A stretch of 64,000 nucleotides of DNA from Planctomycetota bacterium (GTDB lineage: Bacteria > Planctomycetota > UBA8108 > SXIK01): contig OZ244999.1 of the NCBI GenBank assembly GCA_965223265.1, positions 2,368,001-2,432,000 of the forward strand, read 5' to 3'. This document shows positions 9,401 to 19,364 of the stretch, one piece after another; position 1 is the stretch's first letter, and each line of letters begins with the position of its first letter. The notes under the pieces are model-generated. The model saw only the letters and a list, made by a program, of their open reading frames with translations, did no database searches and was not told the origin of the DNA. Both the position numbers and the translations under genes were made by a program.

Positions 9401-10795
9401 ATGCTTCTCACCGTAACAAACAGAACACCAGTAGCGACGGATCTGGGATTCCTGCTGCACAAGAATCCCGCCCGGCGTCAGACGTTCAACCTCGCCTACG
9501 GCAAGGCGCACGTGTTCTATCCAGAAGCGTCTGAGTCCCGGTGCACCGCAGCACTGCTTCTGGACGTAGACCCCATCGGGTTGGTGCGGAACCGTCGGGG
9601 ACCCGCTGGGGAAGGGTACACACTCGCCCAGTACGTCAACGACCGCCCCTACGTCGGCTCGTCACTTCTCAGCGTCGCCATCGCGCAGGTTTACGGAACT
9701 GCACTTCAGGGACGCAGCAAACAACGACAGGAACTCGCCGAACAGCCGCTCTCGCTTGCCGCACGGCTTGCCGTTCTTCCCTGTCGAGGTGGCGAGGTGT
9801 TTCTGCGAAAACTCTTTGAGCCGTTGGGCTACGAGGTCAGCGCGAAACGTCATGTACTCGACGAGCAGTTCCCCGACTGGGGAGAGAGTTCTTACTTCAC
9901 GGTGGACATCGAGGGCGAAGTCCGCCTCCAGGACCTTTTGAGCCACCTCTACGTGCTGATCCCGGTTCTCGACAACGACAAGCATTACTTCGTCTCCCAG
10001 GACGAAGTGGAGAAGCTGCTCAAACGCGGCGAAGGGTGGCTGGCATCGCACCCCGCACGCGATGAGATCACGCGGCGATTCTTGAAACACCAGAAGGGGC
10101 TCGCGAGACAAGCCCTTGCGCGGTTGACGGAGGATTCCGACCCGGACGAAACGGACGAAGTTCAAGCGCAGGAAGAAGCAGAAGTCGAGGAGACCATCAG
10201 TCTTAACGAGCAGCGCATGGGGTCGGTGGTAGCAGCCTTGCGAGGATGCGGTGCGAAAACCGTCATCGACTTGGGTTGCGGGGAGGGAAAGCTCCTCCAG
10301 GAGCTGTTCAAGGACCGCTCATTCGAGAAAGTTGTCGGGATGGATGTTTCCATTCGGGCGCTTGAGAAGGCACAAGCCAGACTTCGATGGGATCGTGTGC
10401 CCGACATTCAAAAGAACCGCATCGCTCTCTTCCAGGGCTCCCTGATGTACCGAGACCGAAGGTTGGAAGGATTCGATGCTGCTGCCGTCGTTGAAGTCAT
10501 CGAACATCTCGATCCGCCACGACTGGCTGCGTTCGAGCGCGTGGTCTTCGAGTTTGCCCGTCCCCACGCTGTTGTCGTGACCACACCGAAAGTCGAGTAC
10601 AACGTCAAGTTCGAGACGCTTCCGGCGGGACGATTTCGCCACCGCGACCATCGGTTCGAGTGGACTCGAAGCGAATTCCAGGGCTGGGCAGAAAACGTGG
10701 CGGCTCGGTTCGGATATCGAGCACGGTTTTTCCCGGTCGGAACCGAGCTGGCAGACGTGGGCTCTCCGACTCAGATGGCGGTGTTCGAGCGATGA
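9401..10795 (+). CDS. hen1: 3'-terminal RNA ribose 2'-O-methyltransferase Hen1
   Basis: MLLT...ATDLGFLLHKNP, QYVNDRPY, LIPVLDNDKHY, DLGCGEG, EVIEH, RHRDHRFEWTR. Confidence 0.95.
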   Translation: MLLTVTNRTPVATDLGFLLHKNPARRQTFNLAYGKAHVFYPEASESRCTAALLLDVDPIGLVRNRRGPAGEGYTLAQYVNDRPYVGSSLLSVAIAQVYGTALQGRSKQRQELAEQPLSLAARLAVLPCRGGEVFLRKLFEPLGYEVSAKRHVLDEQFPDWGESSYFTVDIEGEVRLQDLLSHLYVLIPVLDNDKHYFVSQDEVEKLLKRGEGWLASHPARDEITRRFLKHQKGLARQALARLTEDSDPDETDEVQAQEEAEVEETISLNEQRMGSVVAALRGCGAKTVIDLGCGEGKLLQELFKDRSFEKVVGMDVSIRALEKAQARLRWDRVPDIQKNRIALFQGSLMYRDRRLEGFDAAAVVEVIEHLDPPRLAAFERVVFEFARPHAVVVTTPKVEYNVKFETLPAGRFRHRDHRFEWTRSEFQGWAENVAARFGYRARFFPVGTELADVGSPTQMAVFER

Positions 10796-11357
10796 AAGTC
10801 ACGGTACCCGAGCTTTCTCTTGTCGTCCTGATAGGACCTTCGGGTTCAGGGAAGTCCACGTTTGCACGCAAGCATTTCTTGCCGACAGAGGTTCTGGGCT
10901 CGGACTTCTGTCGGGGGCTCATCTCGGACGATGAGAACGATCAAACCGTCACGGATCATGCGTTCGAGCTGTTGCACTTTGTTGCAGCGAAGCGACTCAC
11001 GAAGAAGCGGTTGACGGTAGTCGATGCGACGAATGTCTACCCGGAAGACCGGAAGAAGCTCGTCACTCTCGCTCGTCAGTTTCATGTGCTGCCTGTCGCC
11101 GTCGTCCTGAACTTGCCGGAAAGGCTTTGCCAGCAGCGAAACAAAGAGCGTCCCGATCGTGACTTCGGTCCGCATGTCATCAATCAGCAGCGTCGTGCTC
11201 TCAGGAAGTCCCTCAGAACTCTGAAGAAGGAGGGCTTTCGCCACATCTTCGTCTTCAAGTCCCCGGAGGAAGTTGAGGAAGCCACCGTCGAGCGGGCGAA
11301 GCTATGGACTGACCGGCGTGACGAGCACGGACCATTCGACATCATCGGGGACGTTCA

Positions 11358-12839
11358 CATGCGGCATCGGATAACACGCAAAGCTCTGTAGAGATGAAAC
11401 TTACGGCGCCACATCAACGAAACACCTGACTCAAGAGTGGGCGTCTGTCAGTATGAGGGTCGACAATTTCGTGCAGGAAGGTGTCGACGAGTCCAGCGGC
11501 GAGGCGAGCGTCTCGGGGTGGTCGAACGACGAGGAGTTGAAGCTCCTGAGCATAGTTCGCCAGAAGCTTCCACCAACGCCCTGCAGCGACTCGCTCGGCA
11601 CCGCTGCGGACTCGTGAGACAAGGTGGCGTAGAAGCTCTCGGCTGACGACAAGTGTCAGAATTGCACAGTAGATCATCGCTTCCACCACGTGGGGGCGCC
11701 GGCTCGTCAGCTGGTCCATTCGGTAGCCGGACTTTAGCTCCTTGAAGATGAGTTCGATTTCCCAGCGATAGCGGTAGACGTTGGCGATCTCCTCAGCGAT
11801 GAGATCGTCGTGTTCGACGTTGGTGACGTAGAGGTGATACTGGCCGTCGTCTTCGTTGCGGATGGCGACAAGTCGAAAACGCTCGTGAGCGCGACGCGCC
11901 CGGCCTCTGTGCTTGCGCGTTGCAAACGAGGCTTCGATCTCAACGTCGAGAGTTTCTCTTTTCAATCGAGGTAGGACGTCTTGAAGTCTCTCCCCCACGA
12001 GGGGGATCGAGTTGCCGCGAACACTGCGATGGATTTTGGTAATTGTCGGGTTGGCGTGTTGCTTCAATCGAGTCAGGAAGAAGCCACCGTTTTGCCTGAT
12101 GCGATGGAAGAGCTGCCACTTGAAGTAGCCGAGATCGAAGAGAAGAAGACGGTCTCGAACCCACGGACCTGTGCGAAGCTTTCGCAGGTCCGCACTTCGC
12201 TCCGAAGTGAGAGCGACAGTCGAGCCTCCTTTGCCGCGCACACTGAGGACTGCATGAAGTTTCGCCGCAGCCGGCGCTGAGTTCGTTCGGCACCCTGGGA
12301 ACGATCCGCTGAGCTTTTCGTGAAGCTTCATCACTGTGGAGTCAACGATGATCAAGTCCGTAAACTTTCCTACGCGCTCCTCGATTTCAGTCCACGATGC
12401 CTGAAAGGTTGCCAACGATCGCTTCACCGCAGCTTTCAGAAAGCGCACAAGACTGGCGTCGAAACGATCGTAGAACGAGGACGGAACAACGGTCGACGAC
12501 GTCGAGCGTTCGTAGGCTCGACGCAGCGCAGAGATCGTCCGCTCCGATCCAACCCCAAAGCCCAGGACTAGCGTCCAAAAGAACGGAACCGCCTTGATCT
12601 TTCGCTCGCGGATCACAAAACCACTCGCTCGAGACTCATCGCGGATCAACTTGTCGGGAAAGAGGCTCTTGAGACAGGATCGTAGTTCGATACACTTCCT
12701 TGTGGCCATGATCTCTTCACTCCGTTTCTGTGGTTAGTCACGAAGTGTCCGAGATTTTGGCCTCTTTTTCTATACACTCGCGGCGCTCGTGTCGTAAGCG
12801 ATGACTGCGATGGAGTTTACGGCTAACCGATCACGCATG
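11358..12839 (-). mobile_element. IS4-family insertion sequence (ISH8-group-like), 1482 bp
   Basis: Imperfect IRs CATGCGGCATCGGATA / CATGCGTGATCGGTTA; 10-bp target duplication GGGACGTTCA (11348-11357 / 12840-12849). Confidence 0.9.
11414..12709 (-). CDS. IS4-family DDE transposase
   Basis: IVDST, AKLH, LLFDLGY and YRYRWEIELIFKELK (YREK) motifs. Confidence 0.92.
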   Translation of the reverse strand: MATRKCIELRSCLKSLFPDKLIRDESRASGFVIRERKIKAVPFFWTLVLGFGVGSERTISALRRAYERSTSSTVVPSSFYDRFDASLVRFLKAAVKRSLATFQASWTEIEERVGKFTDLIIVDSTVMKLHEKLSGSFPGCRTNSAPAAAKLHAVLSVRGKGGSTVALTSERSADLRKLRTGPWVRDRLLLFDLGYFKWQLFHRIRQNGGFFLTRLKQHANPTITKIHRSVRGNSIPLVGERLQDVLPRLKRETLDVEIEASFATRKHRGRARRAHERFRLVAIRNEDDGQYHLYVTNVEHDDLIAEEIANVYRYRWEIELIFKELKSGYRMDQLTSRRPHVVEAMIYCAILTLVVSRELLRHLVSRVRSGAERVAAGRWWKLLANYAQELQLLVVRPPRDARLAAGLVDTFLHEIVDPHTDRRPLLSQVFR

Positions 12840-14885
12840 GGGACGTTCACGGGTGCTACGACGAACTGGAGGAATTGCTCAGCACGCTCGGTTATAGCGC
12901 GACCGACCGTGAACCGGCGAATCCGCTGGAATCATCGCGAGTCTACAGGCATCCCGAAGGACGGAAGCTCGTCTTCGTGGGCGACCTCGTGGATCGGGGA
13001 CCTCGAAGCCTCGATACATTGAGGCTTGCGTACACGATGGTGAAGGAGAGCCTGGCGATCTGCGTCCCGGGGAACCATGACATCAAGCTCTTGCGAAAGC
13101 TCCGGGGAAAGAATGTTCAGATCACGCACGGGCTTGCGGAAACGTTGGCTGAGCTGGAATCCCTGCCCACGGAGACCCGTCCAGCATTCGAGGACGAGGC
13201 AATTCGCTTCATCGATGGACTCGTGAGTCACTTTCTGCTGGATGACGGCAAGCTTGTCGTTGCCCACGCTGGGATGCGGGAAGACATGCAGGGGCGAGCC
13301 TCCGGGAAAATACGGGAGTTTGCCTTGTTCGGTGAGACAACCGGCGAGACGGACGAATTTGGGTTGCCCGTGCGCCACGACTGGGCGTCGGAGTACCGAG
13401 GAAACGCGACGGTCGTTTACGGTCACACTCCAATTCCCGAGGCGGAGTGGCTGAACCGAACGATCAACATCGACACCGGTTGCGTGTTCGGCGGGAAGCT
13501 GACCGCGCTTCGCTACCCGGAGAAGGAACTCGTTTCTGTCGATGCGCGTCAGACCTACGCCGAGTCGCGCCGTCCATTTCTTCCCGAGGAGGAGCAGGCT
13601 CCGAAGCTCTCCGCACAGCATCAGCACGACGACGTTCTCTACGTCGAAGACGTGAGCGGGAAGCGTCAGGTCCACACCCGGCTGCGCAAAGCGGTCACGA
13701 TCCGTGAGGAGAACGCCATCGCGGCGCTGGAGGTCATGACCCGCTTCGCTGCAAATCCGAAGTGGCTGATTTACCTGCCGCCCACGATGTCTCCATCGGA
13801 AACCAGCAAGGAAGAGGGGCTACTGGAACACCCGCAGGAGGCGTTTAGCTTCTACCGAGGTCGCGGAGTACCCAAGGTCGTCTGCGAGGAAAAGCACATG
13901 GGCTCGCGGGCGGTCGTGATCGTCTGCAAGGACGAGGGCGTCGCTCGCGAACGATTCGGCGTCGAGGGGGACGGGGCGGGGATCTGCTACACGAGAACTG
14001 GACGACGATTCTTCAATGACCGGGTGCTCGAATCTGAGTTCATCGATCGCGTGAAACGTGCGTTCGATGAGTCCGAGATGTGGAGCGAGTTGGGCTCGGA
14101 TTGGGCTTGCCTCGATTGCGAGTTGATGCCGTGGTCCGCGAAAGCTCAGGAATTGCTTCAGCACCAGTACGCGGCTGTCGGTGCGTCAGCGAAGGCTGCA
14201 CTGGCGGAAGTCCTTCCCGCTCTTCGAGGTGCCGTAGAACGCGATCGCGAGATTCAGGAGCTTGTTGACCACTACTCGCATCGAGCGGAACTCGTCACAC
14301 AGTACACGCAGGCATACCGACAGTATTGTTGGTCAGTGTCCAGCGTCGATGACCTGAAGCTCGCCCCTTTCCACATCCTCGCGACCGAAGGCTCGACGCA
14401 CGTAGACAAAGACCACGTGTGGCACATGGAGACGATCAAGCGATTCTGCAGAGTCGATGAGAGCCTACTCCTTTCGACGCCGTACCTTGTCGTCGATTTG
14501 ATGGACCGCGCGAGCGAAGAGGCGGGAATCCGGTGGTGGGAGAAGCTGACCGGCGATGGCGGCGAGGGGATGGTCGTCAAGCCTCTCGATTTCGTCGCAG
14601 TCGGGAAGCGCGGATTGATGCAACCGGCAGTGAAGTGCCGGGGTAAGGAGTACCTGCGGATCATTTACGGACCGGAGTACACAGTCCCGGAGCATTTGGA
14701 GCGTCTTCGAGGACGGGGGCTGTCAGCAAAGCGGTCGTTGGCGCTTCGAGAGTTTGCCCTGGGCGTAGAGTCTCTTGAACGGTTCGTTCGGAAGGAGCCG
14801 CTTCGCCGCGTCCATGAGTGCGTGTTCGGAGTACTCGCATTGGAGAGTGAGCCGGTCGATCCGCGTCTTTGACCGGAGGTGTCGA

Positions 14886-14960
14886 TTGGAAACGGAGATC
14901 GCCAGTTACTTCCGCGAACTGGGGCAGTTAAAGCGCGTGAAACGTTCGGGCTGGTGGCTC
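14886..14960 (+). pseudogene. N-terminal stub of an HD-domain hydrolase gene
   Basis: GGAGG RBS, then TTG: LETEIASYFRELGQLKRVKRSGWWL, resembling the LKxxxRxGW start of YfbR/HDDC2-type proteins; truncated. Confidence 0.55.
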
Positions 14961-14961
14961 G

Positions 14962-15166
14962 AGCACGCTGAATGGCTACCGGGACAACTAACGCTTCTAC
15001 AACAAGTTCTTCGGCAAGGATCTGGGTCACGAGATTACGGTCGAGAAGATCGAACGTTTTGTGGACTACTTCCGAGAGCCGGCAAGATTCCCGGCGATCG
15101 TGGAACGACTCACGAAGGAGTGGCAGGCTAACTACCCCAAACGGAAGGTACCGGCGGTACACTTAC
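14962..15166 (+). pseudogene. Second tyrosine integrase core-binding domain remnant
   Basis: STLNGYRDN*RFYNKFFGKDLGHEITVEKIERFVDYFREPARFPAIVERLTKEWQANYPKRKVPAVHL; homologous to 8349-8480; internal stop. Confidence 0.6.
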
Positions 15167-15168
15167 CA

Positions 15169-15433
15169 ATGGGAAAGCGATCGGAGTTGAACGCCGCGAA
15201 ACGACGTGAGGTGGTGCTGGCGTTGATCAAGAGAGAAGAGCCCGCAAGTTGGCTCGAAGGTATGAAATCTCGGAGCGACGCTGTATCGCTGGCGGGACGA
15301 GTTCCTCTCGGCCGGGGAGGCGGCGCTGTCGCCGAAGAAGACCGAGAAGGGAGACCTTCAACGACGAAAGATCGAGCAGCTGGAACGTGAGCTCGCTCAG
15401 CGTGACCAGGTCATCGGCGAGCTCACCATCGTC
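15169..15433 (+). pseudogene. HTH transposase OrfA remnant (IS3-like)
   Basis: Across two frameshifts: MGKRSELNAAKRREVVLAL..LARRYEISE..TLYRWRDEFL..IEQLERELAQRDQVIGELTI. Confidence 0.65.
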
Positions 15434-15463
15434 AGCTTGGACGGCAAACTCCTCCAGCTCTTT

Positions 15464-16384
15464 CTACAGCCCATACTCGGTCCCGTTCGGCATCCAGTCG
15501 CGACTGATGAACCCCTTGCTGTAGACGCGGGCTGCCCGGCCATCATCGAATACGACCGCGACAGGGGAAAAACGGTAAAAGGGACTGATCTCCAGGCGCT
15601 CGTCGGGCGCATCGCCGTACAACTTCTTCGCGAAGATCGAAATCGACAGCCCGGAAGTGATCGCTTCGTTGTGCGCCGGTTTGCCGAGCAGAGCATTCAC
15701 CTCGGCTATGGACATTCCAAGTTCGATTCGGAGGCCATCAAACTGGCGCAACAGTTCGAGGTTTCGCTCGAAGCCTCTCTTGATCCGAGCCTTGTATCCC
15801 GTCAAGGTCATCAACGGCTCGAAGATGAAGAGGGGAATCTGGGGCCCAGACTTCGGTCTCGGCTGCGAGTACCTGTCGATGACTGCGCCGATCTCCCTCC
15901 GTGACTGTCCCGGCAACGACAGGATTTCGTCGATTCGACTCTCGTCCTCTACGCGCCACGTCTTTGGTCGGCTTGCCGTGGTACCCCGGTAAGGGTAACT
16001 CTCCAAACTCTTCGGAAGCGAGCGGAGGATCCTCAGGAGCGAATCATCTTTGAAGAGGCCGTAGAAGGCGATCCCAGATTCGGTCTCTGGCCGGTTCCTG
16101 ATGAAGTACGTCGTGAGCAGGTAGGTGCTGCCGTCCTTTTGGTAGGTGAACAAGTGTCGCCCTGCCGTTCCAAGCAGGTCAATCGTCTCTCGTCGCGTCA
16201 CACCGGGGCGGAGGTCCAGAAAACCGGACGGCTCGACGAGAACGTGTCCAGTCATCTCCTCGAACGCCGTTTGGTCCCTGCTCTTCTCCTCGCGAGGCTC
16301 GGTGTTCTGGCAGCCAATCAGCACCAGCCCGCTGAAGGCCAAGGCGATTCCCTTCAGCCATCCGGTCCGCGGCTTGTTGTCCAT
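15464..16384 (-). CDS. Putative lipoprotein with two SmpA/BamE-like motifs
   Basis: Likely start MDNKPR; lipobox LIGC; LRPGVTRRETIDLLG and IELGMSIAEVNALLGKP. Confidence 0.65.
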   Translation of the reverse strand: MDNKPRTGWLKGIALAFSGLVLIGCQNTEPREEKSRDQTAFEEMTGHVLVEPSGFLDLRPGVTRRETIDLLGTAGRHLFTYQKDGSTYLLTTYFIRNRPETESGIAFYGLFKDDSLLRILRSLPKSLESYPYRGTTASRPKTWRVEDESRIDEILSLPGQSRREIGAVIDRYSQPRPKSGPQIPLFIFEPLMTLTGYKARIKRGFERNLELLRQFDGLRIELGMSIAEVNALLGKPAHNEAITSGLSISIFAKKLYGDAPDERLEISPFYRFSPVAVVFDDGRAARVYSKGFISRDWMPNGTEYGL

Positions 16385-16534
16385 GCCGCCATCGTAGCCC
16401 GATCGGGCGCGAGTGCTACGGAGGAAACGCGGTCTCAGTGACGGACGCGACACCACCGTATGTTCTTGAAGCGGTGTCGTTCGGCGATGACATGCGTCTC
16501 CATCTGGCACCGTGGCCGGTTCTGAGGCCAAGAT

Positions 16535-16573
16535 GAAAAAAAGCCCCTACGACTCGTCGTCGTAAGGGCTTCT
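16535..16573 (-). terminator. Rho-independent terminator after tRNA-Asp
   Basis: Hairpin AAGCCCCTACGAC...GTCGTAAGGGCTT with A-run (U-tract on the minus strand). Confidence 0.75.
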
Positions 16574-16580
16574 GAATACT

Positions 16581-16657
<77 letters not shown>

Positions 16658-16689
16658 TCAACTGAGCCAGTCGGGTATATCATCGTTCG

Positions 16690-17427
16690 TCAGGATGTCA
16701 AGCCGGTTTTGCCGCTGAGGTGGGCTCCCGCCAGGCGGTAGCGCTGGCTGTCCCAGTCAAAGTGGATGTTCAGATATTTTCTCAGCGTCGTGGACACGCG
16801 CTGGGACAACTCGTCCGGGCTCAGGTCGGTCTGGTAGCCCGAGATCAGCACGCGGCTGGTAATCTCCGACACCTTGAGCGGCGTCGGCGACTTGTCCAGC
16901 ACATCGATGATGTAGTCCTTCAGCCTGGTCTTGTTCTTCGGCAAAATCGCCTGGGTCTCTTCTGTGAGCGTGTACTTCTTGCCTTCCTTGCGAAACGCCT
17001 CGTACTTCTTCAGTGCCTGGAACACCGTGTTGTAGAAGGACCGCTGGCTCGTCGAGTTCGACTGGTACCCTGCGTCTGGCAGTCGCCTTTGAATCTCCGA
17101 CGGTGACAGGGGTTCGCTAGCGTCGTGCAGCACCTGCGCGATGTAGTCTTTGAGGTTCTTCTTGCGACGACCGGCGAGGTAGTTCACTTCGGCCTTCTCG
17201 GCCGGCTTCTCTGGCGCGATCTCGGTCGTCGGCGTCTCGCTGCCATGCGTCTGCCGCTTTTCTATCGCGTCGATCGCATCCTCTACCGTTCTCAGCTCAA
17301 GCCTCAGCCGATCCCGCTCGCGGAGCAACTCGCCAAGCTCTGCGTTCTTTTTCTTGATCTCGAGCAGCTGCTCAAGATCCCTTATCGTCAGTTCTTCAAT
17401 GACGGTCTTTGGTACTTTCGACAACAT
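16690..17427 (-). CDS. Coiled-coil plus two tandem winged-helix domains; putative DNA-binding protein
   Basis: Likely start MLSKVPK; heptad-rich N-terminus; repeats LKDYIAQVLHDASEPLSPSEI..AGYQS and LKDYIIDVLDKSPTPLKVSEI..SGYQT. Confidence 0.75.
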   Translation of the reverse strand: MLSKVPKTVIEELTIRDLEQLLEIKKKNAELGELLRERDRLRLELRTVEDAIDAIEKRQTHGSETPTTEIAPEKPAEKAEVNYLAGRRKKNLKDYIAQVLHDASEPLSPSEIQRRLPDAGYQSNSTSQRSFYNTVFQALKKYEAFRKEGKKYTLTEETQAILPKNKTRLKDYIIDVLDKSPTPLKVSEITSRVLISGYQTDLSPDELSQRVSTTLRKYLNIHFDWDSQRYRLAGAHLSGKTGLTS

Positions 17428-17948
17428 GTCGGACCCCTCGTGCGCGCAGGGCACGCTTGGATGTCTGGCGCGAGTGCACCAGCTCCTCTGACGAAGTCGA
17501 TCAGCCGACCGATCAAGACGTTCACTCGTCGTGTTGGACACGACGGAGATTCGATCGCCAGCTGCAAGAATCCTTCAGGCGGGCTCTGGCGCGCTTACGC
17601 CGTTCACTTCACGCAGACTGTAGATAGAATTGCGTAGCTACAGTCGCCACTTCTTTCCATAACGCTCTCTTCACGAGCAGTTCGAGTCGTTGCCATCGAG
17701 CCGCGATGCGTCAGACGGAGAGCTTCAGACTGAAGATCGTACTCTCAGCACTCCGCCAGTCACGCCGCGCTCATCACGCTGGGCGACGGTCGCCTTGCGA
17801 CTGCTCCTGCCACCATGGATTGGCCAAACGCTATGCGTTCCCGGCATACTTGGCCAAACCACCTTTGACCGGAGCTACGGATCGATGGACCACCAGGGGA
17901 GATTCTTTTCTCGCAGGAGGCGCGCGTTTGACCCAATCCCCCCGCGGG

Positions 17949-19364
17949 CTATACGGCGCCGTAGACACTTCCTTTCGGAGGCATTGTAACTTGAGGTCGT
18001 GACCGATCCAGTGGATTTCCATCTTTTTCCGGCAACGTAGCGTTTGTCCCGGTGGGGATGGCGCTCTTGAACGACCACTCGAGGCCCTGCAGGGCCTCGC
18101 CCAGATGGTGGTAGAGAACTGGATCGAACAGCCCCCGCTCTGTTGCCCGCCCCAGTCGTGCCCACGCGTCGTCAAAGGGCATCGCAGCGCGATGGGATCG
18201 CGGCGAGATCATCGTGCAAAGGCTATCCACGATCGCCATCAGTCGCGCCATCTGTGGCACCTCAGCGCCGCGTTTGCCGGCTGGGTAGCCGCTGCCGTCG
18301 TGTCGTTCGTGGTGGTCTTGCGCGCAGTGGGCGACATCCGCGCTCCAGGACTGAGTCGCTGTGATCAGGGCGCATCCGATCCGAGTGTGACCGTGAAGGT
18401 GGTGATGGTCGCTTTCACTGAGAATGTCCGGCCGACGCAGGGCTGCCTCGCGAACGAACGGCATGCCGATGTCGTGAAGCAAACCTCCGAGGACGAACAC
18501 CCTACGCGCCGGGTCGCTATAGCCAAGTCGATTGGAAATCCGGTGGCAAACCGAGGCGACGAGTACTGAGTGGGCCGCGGTTGGATCCGATGCGCCTCCA
18601 CAGGGAACCAGAAAGCGTAGATCAGCGTTCGGATTCTCCACAAGAAACTCTGTCAGCGAGTCCACCAGAGCCTCGACGCGGTCGACCAGCAGAATGCGCC
18701 TCTCCAGAGCTTCCTGAAAAAGTGCTTCAGTGCGGCGGAGCAGGTTCGTGGCGATTTGATTGTGTGCCGCGGTGAGCGATCGCGAGCTTTGACGCTCACG
18801 CGCGCGGCGGGGAGGGCGACTCGACGTCGATGGTCCCATCCTAGCGGACTGCCGGCGGGGAGGCGCTTCTCCGGCAGGCTCGGCGACGACAGGCGGCACT
18901 GGCTTCGAGTCGCCACTCTTCAGCTGATCGGAGCTGGCGGCATCAGCCTGCTGCGCCTGCGCCGTTGGGCTCTCGTCGTCTTCCTGGCGAGAGACATGAT
19001 AGAGCGTGTGAAGCGCTTGTTCGCGTACTGCAGAGCTGAGCGGTCTGCGAACGACCGACTCAGAGAGGTAACATCGAATCGCTTCTGTGTCACTCAGTTG
19101 CATGACAATCGCTGGGATCCTTTCGAGCCCAAGCCGCTGCGCGGCAAGGAGGCGTCGGTAGCCGCAGACCACCTCGAGCCCCGTCGACTTTTCACGCATC
19201 AGGAGTGGGGAGAGGATGCCATGAAGTGTGATCGAGGCAGCGAGATCCGTCACGCTGCTCTCTTCGCGATCCGGAAATGGCTTCTCGAGGATCGGCTGAT
19301 GTCCGTGTTCTCCTGCCTTGGCGTCGAGATGGATCCATCTCAGTTTGTCTTTTCGTGCCTTCAT
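17949..19364 (-). CDS. ParB/Srx N-terminal domain fused to HD-GYP phosphodiesterase
   Basis: Likely start MKARKDK overlapping upstream stop; LAASITLHGILSPL..VVCGYRRLLAA; HSVLVA, LLHDIG, HHERHDGSGYP, AIVD. Confidence 0.85.
   Translation of the reverse strand: MKARKDKLRWIHLDAKAGEHGHQPILEKPFPDREESSVTDLAASITLHGILSPLLMREKSTGLEVVCGYRRLLAAQRLGLERIPAIVMQLSDTEAIRCYLSESVVRRPLSSAVREQALHTLYHVSRQEDDESPTAQAQQADAASSDQLKSGDSKPVPPVVAEPAGEAPPRRQSARMGPSTSSRPPRRARERQSSRSLTAAHNQIATNLLRRTEALFQEALERRILLVDRVEALVDSLTEFLVENPNADLRFLVPCGGASDPTAAHSVLVASVCHRISNRLGYSDPARRVFVLGGLLHDIGMPFVREAALRRPDILSESDHHHLHGHTRIGCALITATQSWSADVAHCAQDHHERHDGSGYPAGKRGAEVPQMARLMAIVDSLCTMISPRSHRAAMPFDDAWARLGRATERGLFDPVLYHHLGEALQGLEWSFKSAIPTGTNATLPEKDGNPLDRSRPQVTMPPKGSVYGAV

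Larger units (their letters stand above)
10792..14872 (+). pseudogene. pnkp: Polynucleotide kinase-phosphatase-ligase Pnkp interrupted by IS4
   Basis: ATGA overlap with hen1; GPSGSGKST kinase; GDVHG/GDLVDRG/GNHD phosphoesterase; EEKHMGSR ligase; ends ESEPVDPRL; removing IS plus one target copy restores an 862-aa frame. Confidence 0.93.
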
